Assembly (NCBI GenBank): GCA_947589735.1
Contig: CANQCR010000003.1
Span: forward strand, 37,324 to 101,323
Source of the DNA: an uncultured Bacilli bacterium
GTDB lineage: Bacteria; Bacillota_I; Bacilli_A; RF39; UBA660
Length of the DNA: 64,000 bases
Direction: 5' to 3'
Shown: positions 36,351 to 47,575 of the stretch, piece after piece
How the letters are laid out: each line of letters starts with the position of its first letter
Numbering within the stretch: the first letter of the stretch is position 1
Notes under the pieces: generated by a model
Database searches by the model: none
What the model was told of the DNA's origin: nothing
Seen by the model: only the letters and a program-made list of their open reading frames with translations
Translations under genes and position numbers: made by a program

Positions 36351-37695
36351 GATTCAACAACTCGTTTACACGCTCTAATTCTTGACGAACTAAACCTTCA
36401 AAAGCTTCAGGAACATTGTGTTCCGTGTTAAAGTCATATCGGAAATGGTCATCTAAATCCAAATCATAATGATCTTTATAATATTGTAATAAATATGGTA
36501 AGTTATCTACCCCATCGATAACCGCACTAATAGCGTATCTTACCTCACTAAAAGTTCCCACACATTCAAAAGGTTTAGCTTCATCATATCCTGCTAGTTT
36601 TAACATCGTTGGCAATAAATCTTCTCTTTTATATAAATCTTCACCAAAAATATTAATTATCTCTTGATCAGTTAAGAAAGGATATAACATAATGTAGACA
36701 AACAAACATTTTGGACAGTTACAACACCATTTACAAGGTGTTTCTTTACTACCGACATTACAACTTTTGAAAACTTTATGATACTTATAGTATCTTGAGA
36801 ATAGCATCGTTATCTGTAATTCCGTTAATGGTCGAAGTAAACTAAAGTATTTAATATCTAATTTAAAATATTTAGTGACATAATCATTAAAATCACATTC
36901 AAACTCATAAGTCTTTGAATATTGATGATTGATATTCGTACCAATTATAGTTGGTTCATTCGCACTAGCTTCATTAGATAAAACGATATACTTTTTGCCA
37001 GTTAAATAAGCACATAAATATGAGACAAAAGCAACTAACGCACTAAAAGGTGTATGTCCATTTAAGTATCCTTCTTTATTTAATTCGATAAGACGTCTAT
37101 CAACTGTTCTTTTAATAGCCATAAAATCATCATGACCAGCGACTTTAGCGCATTCAATGCTTGGCTCTTTAGGATTAATCATAAAGCATTTATTATCAAA
37201 TCCATCAAGAATAGTCAAAGTTACAGCGGAATCTTTACCGCCCCCAACCGCGATAAGATTTCCTTTACCTTGATAATCAATTTCATCCACTTTCTCTTTA
37301 TCATGCGAACAAGTGAACTTGACAAAATCTTCTTCAGATACGTCGATATCATTGACATAACGAAACTCTCCTAAGCCATTATAGTATAGTTTTTTAAACC
37401 AAGCTAATTGATTTTTATTTAAATAGCCAGCTTTAATTTCCACATTAGGACTACAAGTACATTTAAAATAACTGATTAATTCAACCATACCGATATTAAA
37501 GATAAGATAATTCAAAAAAGTTTCATCATATTTCGTTACAATATCTTTCTTTTGAATATGAAGGGTTGGTGTGAAAGTAGCTAAATCGGGTATTTCAAAA
37601 TGAAAGGTAGCAATTAAACTTTCCTCCGTATCTTCTATTTCATATTTTTCATATATAATTTTGGGATATTTTTCTCTTAATTCTTCAAATTCCAT
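36340..37695 (-). CDS. PP-loop ATP pyrophosphatase superfamily protein with a Cys cluster (function unknown)
   Basis: GGGKDS PP-loop in mid-protein; CKWCCNCPKC motif; an 11-nt overlap with the Mur ligase gene. Confidence 0.5.
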   Translation of the reverse strand: MEFEELREKYPKIIYEKYEIEDTEESLIATFHFEIPDLATFTPTLHIQKKDIVTKYDETFLNYLIFNIGMVELISYFKCTCSPNVEIKAGYLNKNQLAWFKKLYYNGLGEFRYVNDIDVSEEDFVKFTCSHDKEKVDEIDYQGKGNLIAVGGGKDSAVTLTILDGFDNKCFMINPKEPSIECAKVAGHDDFMAIKRTVDRRLIELNKEGYLNGHTPFSALVAFVSYLCAYLTGKKYIVLSNEASANEPTIIGTNINHQYSKTYEFECDFNDYVTKYFKLDIKYFSLLRPLTELQITMLFSRYYKYHKVFKSCNVGSKETPCKWCCNCPKCLFVYIMLYPFLTDQEIINIFGEDLYKREDLLPTMLKLAGYDEAKPFECVGTFSEVRYAISAVIDGVDNLPYLLQYYKDHYDLDLDDHFRYDFNTEHNVPEAFEGLVRQELERVNELLNHGV

Positions 37696-37759
37696 ACTAT
37701 CACCTAATAAAATTATATCAAAAAAATTAGCACTTAGTCTAATTTCTTTAATATTTATG

Positions 37760-38389
37760 TTAATTATTACTTTTAGTTAACACTATAACCTTTTCTAAGA
37801 TAAAGCCATATTTCGTTAAGGGACTCTCCCCTTCGAAGAATAGAAAATCATCATAATTGATATCTTGTTCTTCTGAAATATTTTTGCCATCAACATTTTT
37901 AATCACTATGCCTTTAACTGAGCCACTACCGTTTTTTAATACATCTAGAGTGTCTTTAGCATTAACTTTAACAACGCCTAAAACTTCATTAAGATCAAAA
38001 GTAAAGTCACTAATATCGCCTTTAAAATTGGCAACATAGACATTAGCTTTAGCGCGGTCACGAAACATCGTTCCATCCGCTTTTTTAAGATCCTTAATAA
38101 AAGGAACAATACCTACTAGAGTAATCTTATTAGGATCAACATCTAAACCGATCTCTTCTTTAATCTCCCTAGCAAAGCCATCATTAAGCGATTCTTCTGC
38201 CTTAACATGTCCTGATGCGGTCGTGTATAACTTTCCTTCATCTTTACGAATTTGAAAATAGATATTGCCTTCTTCATCATATAGCCAACAATGCACTGTA
38301 TTATGCCACAAAGCATCGCGATGAACAACATCCCTAGGAGCTTGTCCTAAATGATTTCCTTCTTCATCATATATATCTAGATATTCCAT
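37760..38389 (-). CDS. NUDIX hydrolase
   Basis: Nudix box GHVKAEESLNDGFAREIKEEIGL. Confidence 0.8.
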   Translation of the reverse strand: MEYLDIYDEEGNHLGQAPRDVVHRDALWHNTVHCWLYDEEGNIYFQIRKDEGKLYTTASGHVKAEESLNDGFAREIKEEIGLDVDPNKITLVGIVPFIKDLKKADGTMFRDRAKANVYVANFKGDISDFTFDLNEVLGVVKVNAKDTLDVLKNGSGSVKGIVIKNVDGKNISEEQDINYDDFLFFEGESPLTKYGFILEKVIVLTKSNN

Positions 38390-38447
38390 TTTATCACCTA
38401 CAATGTCAATATTCTTTATTATCTATAGACATTGTAGCATACTTTTG

Positions 38448-39017
38448 CTATTTTTTTAATAATAAAATCTTCGCTGCCTCATAATTTGGTAAAATTATCT
38501 CTTTACCTTTATCAGATAATTTATTATAACTTCTTTGAAGTTTGTTATAAACGAAATCCGCACCATCATCAATCGACATCTGTTTCTCTACATAGACCAT
38601 TCGAAGTAAAGAAGGAACACTATAAAAATGAGCCATAGCATCAGCATCCGCAACACACACCTCTTCTGGGGTTGTCTTAATTGCTAGAACGCTACCACGA
38701 TGATTTAAAATACATTTTTTTATTAATGCGATATCTTCTTTTGATATTTCATAGGGCTTTAATAATTTTTCCGCCATTTCAGCACCAATGATATGATGAT
38801 CTTTGGTGTATTCCTTATCGGTAACAGAGGCGATATCATGTAGTAAAGCCGCTAAAGCGACAATATCGTGTTGCGCGCCATATTGGTTGCAAATTTCCGT
38901 CGCCACTTTATAGACTAACTCAATGTGATGATCCCAAGCGCCTACGCCATAAGCATTACTCGGTTCCATACATCTTCTTTTAACTTCTAAATATATTTCT
39001 TCAATAATCTTATCCAT
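38448..39017 (-). CDS. HD-domain phosphohydrolase
   Basis: H...HD motifs (LLHDIA). Confidence 0.7.
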   Translation of the reverse strand: MDKIIEEIYLEVKRRCMEPSNAYGVGAWDHHIELVYKVATEICNQYGAQHDIVALAALLHDIASVTDKEYTKDHHIIGAEMAEKLLKPYEISKEDIALIKKCILNHRGSVLAIKTTPEEVCVADADAMAHFYSVPSLLRMVYVEKQMSIDDGADFVYNKLQRSYNKLSDKGKEIILPNYEAAKILLLKK

Positions 39018-39074
39018 TTTTATCCCCCCAAGAAAACCAATATAACTATTCTAACATAATTTTAAGCATAATAA

Positions 39075-39100
39075 AACATGAACTTTAAAGTTCATGTTTC
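39075..39100 (-). terminator. Terminator after tRNA-Glu
   Basis: A 12/13-bp perfect palindrome AAACATGAACTTT/AAAGTTCATGTTT followed by a T-rich run. Confidence 0.55.
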
Positions 39101-39108
39101 TTTTTCAA

Positions 39109-39185
39109 TGGTAGCCTGTACGGGATTCGGACCCGTGTATGTCACCTTGAGAGGGTGATGTGTTAAACCACTTCACCAACAGGCC
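39109..39185 (-). tRNA. tRNA-Glu with anticodon CTC (CUC)
   Basis: 77-nt cloverleaf closely resembling B. subtilis tRNA-Glu, but the anticodon loop is CTCTCAA. CCA is encoded. Confidence 0.7.
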
Positions 39186-39209
39186 AAGTAATGCCTTTAA
39201 GACATTACC

Positions 39210-39238
39210 ATTTTATCATTAATATCATCTTTTGACAA
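39210..39238 (-). promoter_or_regulatory. Putative promoter for tRNA-Glu (TTGTCA-17-TAAAAT)
   Basis: Hexamer spacing is correct; the element lies about 18 nt upstream of the mature tRNA 5' end. Confidence 0.35.
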
Positions 39239-39265
39239 TATTAAATATTATTTTTACACAAAATA

Positions 39266-42200
39266 TTATGATTTCATTGTAAGACATTTAGCTTTTTCTT
39301 TTAAGTCTAACAAACTAGGAGATGTCGTCTGTCTTAATATATCTAGTCCTTTATGAAAAGCTTCTCTATAGATATCAGGTTTCATTTGAAGAGTTGATGC
39401 GACGATATCATCATCATAATCTGCTGGTAAAATTATCTTTAAAGTTACAACTAAAGCTTCTTTTGATGGCATTATTGTACATAGTAAATTATAAATTGTC
39501 GCATTTGCACTACTTTCACGATTATCATTTGCCATCTTCTTTAGTTCTTCATCGCTTTCTTTAAGGCGACGTTTTACTTTTTGTGTTAAGACACGCCACT
39601 TAGCGCGATCAGTCGTTGAAGTTATTGGATGTGGCAATACATCTTTATCATAATCAGTTCCAAATTGGTGATGGAATAGTTCCCTCTCATCAAAAGTTAG
39701 AGTGTCTAAAACTAAAGCTAAACGTTCTTTCGTTGTAGCATATGTTCTAGTAGCTGATGAAGGTGTATGATACTTTAGATATTTTCTAATCTTGGTACTT
39801 ATTTTAGAATATTCTTTACTTTCTTCCCCACTTAAATAACTAATTGCTACAGGATGCGTATAATCAGTTCCATTATGCTTTTGGAAGAAGGCTAATTCAT
39901 CTTTCGATAAAATAGTTAAAGCTTGTTCTAATTCCTCTAAAGTTGTGTGAAAAAGATCAACAATAACAATATCCTTCCTATGTCTAACAATTGGTTTCTT
40001 ATGAAGTTCGCTTTGAAGGTTATTACAAATCAAGCGATATCTTCTTGCTTCTTCGCCAAACAATGGATGTGGAATAATAGGAGCATCAAAATCAGTGCCA
40101 TTACGTTTAATAAACAATTCTTTTTTATCTTCTGGAAGTTTAAGTACTGCATCTTTTAATGATGTTGCATCCGTATCAAAAGTTACTAATAAGTCTTCTT
40201 CTTCGACATTCATACCTTTAATACGACGACCAATCTTTCTTTTTAATTGATTATATTCTTCGCTAGACGCACTATCAACTAATTGTGGTCTTACTGTTGT
40301 AAGGTCATCACCATTATATTTTCTAAATAAAGCTTGTTCTTCTAAAGTTAAAGAAGCTATAACATAACGTAATTTTTCTTCCGTTGTGTCAAATAGTTGA
40401 ACCGGTGAAGTTTCTTTAGGTTTACTACCTTTTTCGATATGATACTTCAACCGATAATGGATTCTGGTATAGACCTTTTTTTCTTCAGCATTAAGAGGAG
40501 CTGGTGTATAAGGCTTATCATAAACAGTTCCATTACGCTTAATAAATAGCTCTTTTTCTTCAGGGGTTAAAACAGTATCTAGTAAATATTGCAATTTATC
40601 AGGCGTTGTTTTATATATATCTAAAACCATCAGTTTAGAAGTCCGTTGATGGGCTTGTTTTTCTTCTTTCTTCATCTTAGAAATAATTGCCCGTAGATGT
40701 TTACTAACTACTTTATAGTCTTCCCTATTTTGACCTAAAAGAGGTCGTGGGGTGATTAAAGAAGAATAACTAAGGCCATTACGTTTGATAAATAAAATAC
40801 GTTCTTCACTTGGTAGCTGATCAATAGCAGCATGAAGTTTTTCATCAGTCGTTTTAAATTTGGCTAAAAGATCTTCTGTTGGTTTCTTTTCTAAACTTTT
40901 TAAACGTTTAGATATTTTAATGCAAATTTTATTATATGTTTCTGATTCCTCAGCCGTAAGTGGTGAGAAAGTAGTTACATTAAAGAAATCATTACCATTA
41001 CGTTTAACAAACAAAGTTCGTTCTTCTGGAGTAAGAGAATCAAAAACGATTTCAAAGTTATCTCTTGTAGTTTTAAAGTGAACTAAGATAGGCTCTGGGA
41101 TATTTCTTCTTATTTTAGCTGCTACTCGATGGTATTGTTTAATATCTTCCCCTTTTGCTCGTTTGCGTGGCACTAAAGTAGTGTAGTCAGTACCATTATA
41201 CTTAATAAACAAATCTCGTTCTTCAGCTGTCAATACCGTTTCAACTAAAATCTTTAAGGTTTCCGGTGAGATATGGAAACGTTCCGCTACACTTAAAAGT
41301 TTAACTTCTTTAGGTGTCTTCGTCGTCCGCTTTTTACCTTTATTTAAATCATTAACAATTCCTTGAACTTTTTTATGAACGACCATATAAGTTTGGGCCT
41401 GACTAAGTGTTAACTTCCGTAACCGGACTGGTTTATCATATTCATAACCATTACGATATGTAAAGATAGTTTGCTCATCATCAGATAAAGTTTCAACGAT
41501 ATCCTTTAGAGTTACAGCATCTGTTTTAAACAAATCGGTTAAACGGTAAAGATCTGTTTGGTTATAACACATTAATCTAATTCGAATTTTTTCCTCTAGC
41601 GCATCATACATAGCTTGTGTTTCTTTATCAAGTTTACACAATTTAGCGGGAGCATCATACGTAAAGGCATTTCGTTTTTGGAATAATGCTAATTCTTCTG
41701 GCGTTAACGTCTCTAAAACACTCTTTAAAGAATAAATGTTAGTTTGAAGCATACTGGTTACTAAATAAATTTCTTGGGTGCGAAAACGTTTGGTCATAAC
41801 GAGACCTGGACGATAATTTTTTATGAGACTAAAGACTTTTGTTTTAACACGGTTCCATTCCTCATCATGAACTTGAGATAAAAGTTGATAATTGACAGGA
41901 GCTTCAAAGTCATTACCGACACGATCATAGAAGACCTCTTGTTCCCAAGGCTCTAAAACGCCAACAACTGTTCTTAAAATATCCGGTGTTGTATCAAAAG
42001 CTACTGATACTGTTGGATGTTTTGTTTTTAAGTGTGCAAAACACGTTTTTAAATACTTAACTTGGGTTGGTGTTAAAAGACTATTTTCGGTATAAATCTT
42101 AACATATCGTTTAACAATCGGAATAATGCTATATAAAACTAAACGACGATCTTGAATTGACAACAATGATTGATCTTCAAAGAAACGCGTAAACTTCGTT

Positions 42201-44674
42201 CTAATACTTTCATCAAGATAAGATAAAACTTTAAAAATAGCCTCACGATCGGCAGTATCACATAGTACTTCCATTGATTCATATAATTTATCTAGTTCTT
42301 CTTGTAATTTTGGGACAATAATTTGATATAACTTTGTCATGCGATAAGGTGATAGCATATTAAACTCAGGACTTTGCAAATAATTGCTACCATATCTTGA
42401 AATTAATAGGTTAAACTCCACCGTACCTAAAGCCTCAACAGCAACATCAACATCATTGATATTTTTATATTTTAATAAAGTCGTCAAAGATAACTGATCA
42501 TTTATTGATACGTTATAAGTACCAGTACTAGCTAAGTTTTCAGCATAAGTTAATATTTTTTCTAAGATTTGGCGATATTGTTTTTCAGGATTTTTACTTA
42601 AAATAGAAAGTATCCTACTATAGTTAAACACATCATCACCATAGGCATCGACAATGCTCTTAACCTCTTCTTCAGATAAATATTTTAATGCTTGATATAT
42701 TTTTTCAGCAAATGATTCATTTTTCTTTTGAGCAACTTTCTTTTTCCGCATTTCTGAACGTAATCCTTTAGGAATAAAACTCCGTAATTTAGGAATAATA
42801 GATTGCGCTATATAATATTCATATGATGGATGAAGAACAACATCAGTTGGTTTTAAAAGACCATTTTTATATTTCTTTCTTAAAATAGTTAAATCATTAT
42901 CGTCTAATTTAAGGAGAATGCTTTTTAGTACCTCTTCATCATCAATACCTAATAAAGCTTTAAGGCCAACATTATTAGCATTGGAAAAATTACGCACTAT
43001 TTGGCGTGACATAGCCCCCGTTGCAAAAATTCTTAATTTAGCTAAAATGGCATCACCATAAGCATCATCAATAATATGGGCACGAGGTTTATCAAAGTTT
43101 TCACCAAACATTCTTTTAAGGGTCTCTCGTTCCTTTACATCTAATAAAGGAATAACATTAAGATATGTATTTCTTTGACAATGAAGATATTTATTTAAGG
43201 TATTATTAAACCTTGGACTATTATCCAATGCGCCTTCTTCATCGCGAGCACTTGGTTTATCAGAGTAGACACCTAATCCACTTTGTCTAGAATAACGTTT
43301 TAACTTCCGCAAAGCTTTAGCTTCAATTTGACGAATACGCTCTCTCGTAACCCCAAATTGTTTACCTACTTCTTCCAAAGTTCTACCTCTACCATCGTCG
43401 ATGCCAAAGCGCAATCTTAAAACCTTGTTCTCCCGTGGCGTCAAGCGATCTAAAAGAGGTTCTAAGGCATCTTTTAAAGATGAACTTATAAAGTCTTCTT
43501 CTAAATTTTCATCATTAGGAATAAAACTTCCAAGTTCACTATCTTCTTCATCACCAATAGGATTTGATAAACTAAGTGGTGAGCCAAGATTAAGAACATT
43601 AACCCAATCCTCAATCTTCTCTTTAGAAACACCCATATATTCAGCTTGCTCTTCAATGGTTGGTTCACGGCCAATTTGTTCTTTTAGAGCATCATAACGC
43701 CGACGATACTTATTTAAAGCTTCGACCATATGAACAGGAATTCTAATCGTATGTGATTGATCAGCAATAGCTCTTGTAATTGACTGTCTTATCCACCAAG
43801 TTGCATAAGTAGAAAATTGATATCCTTTATCCGGATCAAACTTATCAACAGCCTTCAAAAGGCCTAAATTACCTTCCTGAATCAAGTCTAGGAAAAGCAT
43901 TCCTCGGCCGACATATCTTTTAGCAATACTAGGAACAAGTCGTAAATTATGAAGAATAATTTGATCACGCGCGCTGGCATCGCCATCTTTATATTTGTGC
44001 GCTAAAGACGCAACTTCTTCGGGCGATAATAACGTGTGCCTTATGGATTGTAAATAATCTCTAACCGGATCACCTGTAATGCTATATTCTTTTTCTATTT
44101 CTTCAAATGTTTGATATTTCTCATCGGCATCGCTTACATCAATTCCTTTAACTAAGCAATAACTCTCAATTAAAGGATATATATCGCTATCAAATAAAGC
44201 ACTTATTTTTTCCCTTGATGGCTTACCTTTAACACTTATAACACTGGAAATAGCATCATCTAATAAACTAATATTGTTAATTAAATAACTATAATCATCA
44301 GGTGATAAATCATAGCCAACAGCCTGAAAAGCAGACATCATAATATTTAGTGATGCTAAAGCCTGTTTACTATTTGAAAATGACGGTAAATAGTTTTTAG
44401 CAAAAGCAACTAAAAAAGATGTATTATCACTACTAGATAAACGTTCTAAAGCGACCTCTTCATATTTAGAAGAATACACTTGTCTTAACGTTTCTTCAAA
44501 ATTATTTATAGTTAAATTAGGCTTATCCGCCATAACACCTAAAGTCATTTCAAATAATTCTTCAACATTTTCAACATGCATCCAAGCGTAGTCTTCTTCG
44601 ACTTCTTTTCTTACTTTAGCAATATAGCTAAAGACCTTGCTACGATCATGAGCTGATAATTCTTCTATTTGCAT
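39266..44674 (-). CDS. rpoD: Giant (1802-aa) RNA polymerase sigma-70 family factor: a primary-type sigma domain (regions 1.2 to 4) followed by a ~1300-aa C-terminal extension of tandem region-4.1-like repeats
   Basis: Region 2 ([54 protein letters not shown]) and region 4 ([14 protein letters not shown]...[28 protein letters not shown]) are near-consensus. They are followed by at least 11 repeats of F-x-TT..L(T/S)xEE+xLFxKRNGTDY. Confidence 0.85.
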   Translation of the reverse strand: MQIEELSAHDRSKVFSYIAKVRKEVEEDYAWMHVENVEELFEMTLGVMADKPNLTINNFEETLRQVYSSKYEEVALERLSSSDNTSFLVAFAKNYLPSFSNSKQALASLNIMMSAFQAVGYDLSPDDYSYLINNISLLDDAISSVISVKGKPSREKISALFDSDIYPLIESYCLVKGIDVSDADEKYQTFEEIEKEYSITGDPVRDYLQSIRHTLLSPEEVASLAHKYKDGDASARDQIILHNLRLVPSIAKRYVGRGMLFLDLIQEGNLGLLKAVDKFDPDKGYQFSTYATWWIRQSITRAIADQSHTIRIPVHMVEALNKYRRRYDALKEQIGREPTIEEQAEYMGVSKEKIEDWVNVLNLGSPLSLSNPIGDEEDSELGSFIPNDENLEEDFISSSLKDALEPLLDRLTPRENKVLRLRFGIDDGRGRTLEEVGKQFGVTRERIRQIEAKALRKLKRYSRQSGLGVYSDKPSARDEEGALDNSPRFNNTLNKYLHCQRNTYLNVIPLLDVKERETLKRMFGENFDKPRAHIIDDAYGDAILAKLRIFATGAMSRQIVRNFSNANNVGLKALLGIDDEEVLKSILLKLDDNDLTILRKKYKNGLLKPTDVVLHPSYEYYIAQSIIPKLRSFIPKGLRSEMRKKKVAQKKNESFAEKIYQALKYLSEEEVKSIVDAYGDDVFNYSRILSILSKNPEKQYRQILEKILTYAENLASTGTYNVSINDQLSLTTLLKYKNINDVDVAVEALGTVEFNLLISRYGSNYLQSPEFNMLSPYRMTKLYQIIVPKLQEELDKLYESMEVLCDTADREAIFKVLSYLDESIRTKFTRFFEDQSLLSIQDRRLVLYSIIPIVKRYVKIYTENSLLTPTQVKYLKTCFAHLKTKHPTVSVAFDTTPDILRTVVGVLEPWEQEVFYDRVGNDFEAPVNYQLLSQVHDEEWNRVKTKVFSLIKNYRPGLVMTKRFRTQEIYLVTSMLQTNIYSLKSVLETLTPEELALFQKRNAFTYDAPAKLCKLDKETQAMYDALEEKIRIRLMCYNQTDLYRLTDLFKTDAVTLKDIVETLSDDEQTIFTYRNGYEYDKPVRLRKLTLSQAQTYMVVHKKVQGIVNDLNKGKKRTTKTPKEVKLLSVAERFHISPETLKILVETVLTAEERDLFIKYNGTDYTTLVPRKRAKGEDIKQYHRVAAKIRRNIPEPILVHFKTTRDNFEIVFDSLTPEERTLFVKRNGNDFFNVTTFSPLTAEESETYNKICIKISKRLKSLEKKPTEDLLAKFKTTDEKLHAAIDQLPSEERILFIKRNGLSYSSLITPRPLLGQNREDYKVVSKHLRAIISKMKKEEKQAHQRTSKLMVLDIYKTTPDKLQYLLDTVLTPEEKELFIKRNGTVYDKPYTPAPLNAEEKKVYTRIHYRLKYHIEKGSKPKETSPVQLFDTTEEKLRYVIASLTLEEQALFRKYNGDDLTTVRPQLVDSASSEEYNQLKRKIGRRIKGMNVEEEDLLVTFDTDATSLKDAVLKLPEDKKELFIKRNGTDFDAPIIPHPLFGEEARRYRLICNNLQSELHKKPIVRHRKDIVIVDLFHTTLEELEQALTILSKDELAFFQKHNGTDYTHPVAISYLSGEESKEYSKISTKIRKYLKYHTPSSATRTYATTKERLALVLDTLTFDERELFHHQFGTDYDKDVLPHPITSTTDRAKWRVLTQKVKRRLKESDEELKKMANDNRESSANATIYNLLCTIMPSKEALVVTLKIILPADYDDDIVASTLQMKPDIYREAFHKGLDILRQTTSPSLLDLKEKAKCLTMKS

Positions 44675-44735
44675 AATCTCACCATCTTTTTAATCAATAT
44701 AATAACATATTTTAAGTAAGAAATACCAGCCTTTT

Positions 44736-46073
44736 TTAATTATTTTTTAACTTTGCTAAATTACTTAAAACTTCTTTTGCCTTTTTCTCATTACCCATAT
44801 TCGTAGGATAATAATAGTGATGATTTTTTAACTCTTCTGGCATACACGTCATCTTCGTAACTTTATTTTCAAAATTATGGGCATACTCGTATCCTTCACC
44901 ATAGCCTAAATCACTATCTAATTTTGTTACCGCATTACGTAAATGAAGTGGTACTTTTAAGTGAGCCGTCTTGATTGCATCAGCTTTAGCTTTACCATAA
45001 GCCGTATATAAAGCATTAGACTTGGGTGATAAACTAAGGTAAACAACAGCTTGCGCTAAATTGACATTACATTCTGGCATACCATTAAAGTGAACCGCCT
45101 GATAAGCATTAACTGCCTGGGTTAGGGCATTGATATTAGCAATTCCGATATCCTCTGATGCAAAACGAATAAGACGCCTTGCTACATAAAGGGGGTCTTC
45201 CCCGGCCTCTAACATACGAGCAAGATAATATAAAGCAGCATCGGGATCACTATTACGCATCGATTTATGTAAAGCTGAAATTAAATTATAATGTTCTTCC
45301 CCTTTTTTATCATAAAGAAACGTTTTACTTTGAAGCGTGTGTTTTAAGGTATCAACATCAATTTTCACCTTTCCCCGTTTAGATGGAGTTAAATTGATAA
45401 CATTTTCTAAAGTATTTAAAGCCGTTCTAGCATCACCATTACTAAGATTAACAATCATATTAATGCTTTCATCATCAATGGTAACATTACGATATTCATA
45501 ATTAATTTTTAAGGCTCTCGTCAATATTCCTTTAACTTCTTCTTCGGTTAAACTTTTTAAGACGTAGACTTTTGTTCTAGATAATAAAGCGGAGTTTACT
45601 TCAAAAGAAGGATTTTCCGTTGTCGCCCCAATTAAGATAATATCGCCTTTTTCAACATGTGGTAAAAAAGCGTCTTGTTGGGCTTTATTAAAGCGATGAA
45701 TCTCATCAACAAAAACGATGGTCTTTTGGTTATTACTTTTATTATAGCGAGCTATTTCAATTAATTCTTTAATATCTTTAACGCCACTCGTTACAGCACT
45801 TAATTCATAAAAAGCCGAATGGGTCTGATGCGCAATTATTTTAGCAAGGGTCGTTTTACCAACACCTGGTGGGCCCCATAAAATCATTGATGAAATGTTA
45901 TCCGTTTCAATCATCTTTCTTAAAGGTGATCCTTCACCAACAATTTCTTCCTGACCAAAAAAATCATCCAATGTCATAGGTCTAATTTTATCAGCAAGCG
46001 GTTTATATATTTCTTTTTCGTCATCAAATAAACTTTCCATAATATCACTTTCCCTAAGCATATTATAACACAC
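44736..46073 (-). CDS. rarA: Replication-associated recombination protein A (AAA+ ATPase)
   Basis: Walker [10 protein letters not shown] and the MgsA C-terminal domain. The true start is probably the internal M (MESLFDD). Confidence 0.85.
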   Translation of the reverse strand: MCYNMLRESDIMESLFDDEKEIYKPLADKIRPMTLDDFFGQEEIVGEGSPLRKMIETDNISSMILWGPPGVGKTTLAKIIAHQTHSAFYELSAVTSGVKDIKELIEIARYNKSNNQKTIVFVDEIHRFNKAQQDAFLPHVEKGDIILIGATTENPSFEVNSALLSRTKVYVLKSLTEEEVKGILTRALKINYEYRNVTIDDESINMIVNLSNGDARTALNTLENVINLTPSKRGKVKIDVDTLKHTLQSKTFLYDKKGEEHYNLISALHKSMRNSDPDAALYYLARMLEAGEDPLYVARRLIRFASEDIGIANINALTQAVNAYQAVHFNGMPECNVNLAQAVVYLSLSPKSNALYTAYGKAKADAIKTAHLKVPLHLRNAVTKLDSDLGYGEGYEYAHNFENKVTKMTCMPEELKNHHYYYPTNMGNEKKAKEVLSNLAKLKNN

Positions 46074-46158
46074 TATCTCTTAAAATTCTATCAATATTAA
46101 AACAAATGTTCGTTTGTATGAATATCTTTTTTTAATCCACACTATTAAGGGTGAGATA

Positions 46159-47427
46159 ATGCGCTATTTCCTTATTGTATACATCTTTCTTATTTTAATC
46201 ACATATAATATGACGATGAAGACACTAAATAAAGATAATGATGATAAAAAATATACGGCTATTCCCTATGCGAGGAATGAACAAAGTAATAATGATATCA
46301 TTATTACTGATAAAACCTTTGTTCATAGTGCGGAAGATAAAAAGGTGCTTATGAATTATCAAGCTATTTTAAAATATAATGCCAAAACACTTAAAAATGA
46401 TGCAACACTATATAATTTAGATACTATCACTTCCCTTAATAAAAAAGAAATTGAAAAACTTATTTTAAAATATGAATTACCAAAACTTCCTAAATATAAT
46501 GGTAACCAAAAAATAACTAATGATGATTTAAATAAAATTTTAGATAATCGTAATTTAAATAATATTGTTGATATCAACAATGTTGTAAAAGGTATTGTTA
46601 TTAAAAGAACTAATCTGAAATCTTTTCCAACCAAAATACATTTTTTTGATAAACCAGGAATGGATAATTTTGATAATCTTCAAGAATCAGAGTTACACGT
46701 TAACACACCTTTAATTATTACTCATACAAGTAAAGATAACCTATGGTCATATGTTATCACACCAACCTATATAGGCTGGGTTTTAAAAGAAGACATTGCC
46801 TTTGCCACTAGTGATGACTTTAATTATTTTACTGCTCCTGAAATGTTTGCTATTATCATAAAACCAAGTATAGCTATAAATAATACTACTCTTGATATGA
46901 GTGTTAAATTACCACTATTAAAAATTGATAAAAACTACGAACTCGCTCTTCCCATTAAAGGTGATGACGGCTATGTAAAAAAGAAAAAAATTGTTTTAAC
47001 AAAAGACGATGCCCATATTGGCTATTTGGACTATACGAAAGAAAATGTATACACTTTGGCCTTTAAATATTTAAATACACCCTATCGTTGGGGTGGGATG
47101 GATTATGGTGTGGATTGTTCTAGCTATGTTGCTAATATCTACCGAAGTTTTGGCTTTATTTTTCCTAGAAATACGTCAAACCAAAGGCAAAGTCTTCAAA
47201 AAACTATCGATTTAACTAATCTAAGTTCTAAAGAAAAACTAAAGTTGATTGAAGGTAAAGAACCTATCCTTCTTTATCAACCTGGACATGTAATGTTATA
47301 TCTTGGTAAATATAATAAAAAAGATTATATTATTCATGCATCCGGAAGTCACAAAAAAGTTACTTTAAGTATTCTTGATGATTCTGATTACTTAAAAAAG
47401 ATAACTACGGCTATTAACATAAAATAA
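46159..47427 (+). CDS. Secreted NlpC/P60-family peptidoglycan endopeptidase
   Basis: Start re-set to the ATG following AAGGGTGAG (signal peptide MRYFLIVYIF...). C-terminal NlpC/P60 with catalytic Cys (DCSSYV) and His (IIHASG). Confidence 0.75.
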   Translation: MRYFLIVYIFLILITYNMTMKTLNKDNDDKKYTAIPYARNEQSNNDIIITDKTFVHSAEDKKVLMNYQAILKYNAKTLKNDATLYNLDTITSLNKKEIEKLILKYELPKLPKYNGNQKITNDDLNKILDNRNLNNIVDINNVVKGIVIKRTNLKSFPTKIHFFDKPGMDNFDNLQESELHVNTPLIITHTSKDNLWSYVITPTYIGWVLKEDIAFATSDDFNYFTAPEMFAIIIKPSIAINNTTLDMSVKLPLLKIDKNYELALPIKGDDGYVKKKKIVLTKDDAHIGYLDYTKENVYTLAFKYLNTPYRWGGMDYGVDCSSYVANIYRSFGFIFPRNTSNQRQSLQKTIDLTNLSSKEKLKLIEGKEPILLYQPGHVMLYLGKYNKKDYIIHASGSHKKVTLSILDDSDYLKKITTAINIK

Positions 47428-47429
47428 AA

Positions 47430-47465
47430 ACCAATCATTATGATTGATCTTTATTTTTATTTTGA
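47430..47465 (+). terminator. Putative terminator between convergent genes
   Basis: CAATC...GATTG hairpin followed by CTTTATTTTTATTTT. Confidence 0.35.
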
Positions 47466-47575
47466 CCTAAAGTCTCCGTTACGACAACTTCTTCCGGAGT
47501 ATTTTTAACCTTAAGTTTATTTTTTTTACTTTTCTTTTTCATAATATCACCCATTAATATTATGAACTATAAAAC

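Noticed and set aside
39870-42100. Periodic ~200-bp repeats that could be mistaken for a CRISPR or other non-coding array
   Set aside because: The repeats are in-frame protein repeats inside one uninterrupted ORF. The DNA copies are divergent, and no short identical direct repeats or spacers are present.
46114-46158. ORF-track N-terminal extension of the NlpC/P60 gene (MYEYLFLIHTIKGEI)
   Set aside because: The internal ATG at 46159 is preceded by an SD and begins a typical signal peptide.
47438-47539. 34-aa Lys-rich minus-strand ORF (MKKKSKKNKLKVKNTPEEVVVTETLGQNKNKDQS) with a GGTGAT-type SD
   Set aside because: It sits in a convergent intergenic region. AAA codons arise by chance in AT-rich DNA, and there is no further support. 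It might be real, but the evidence is insufficient.
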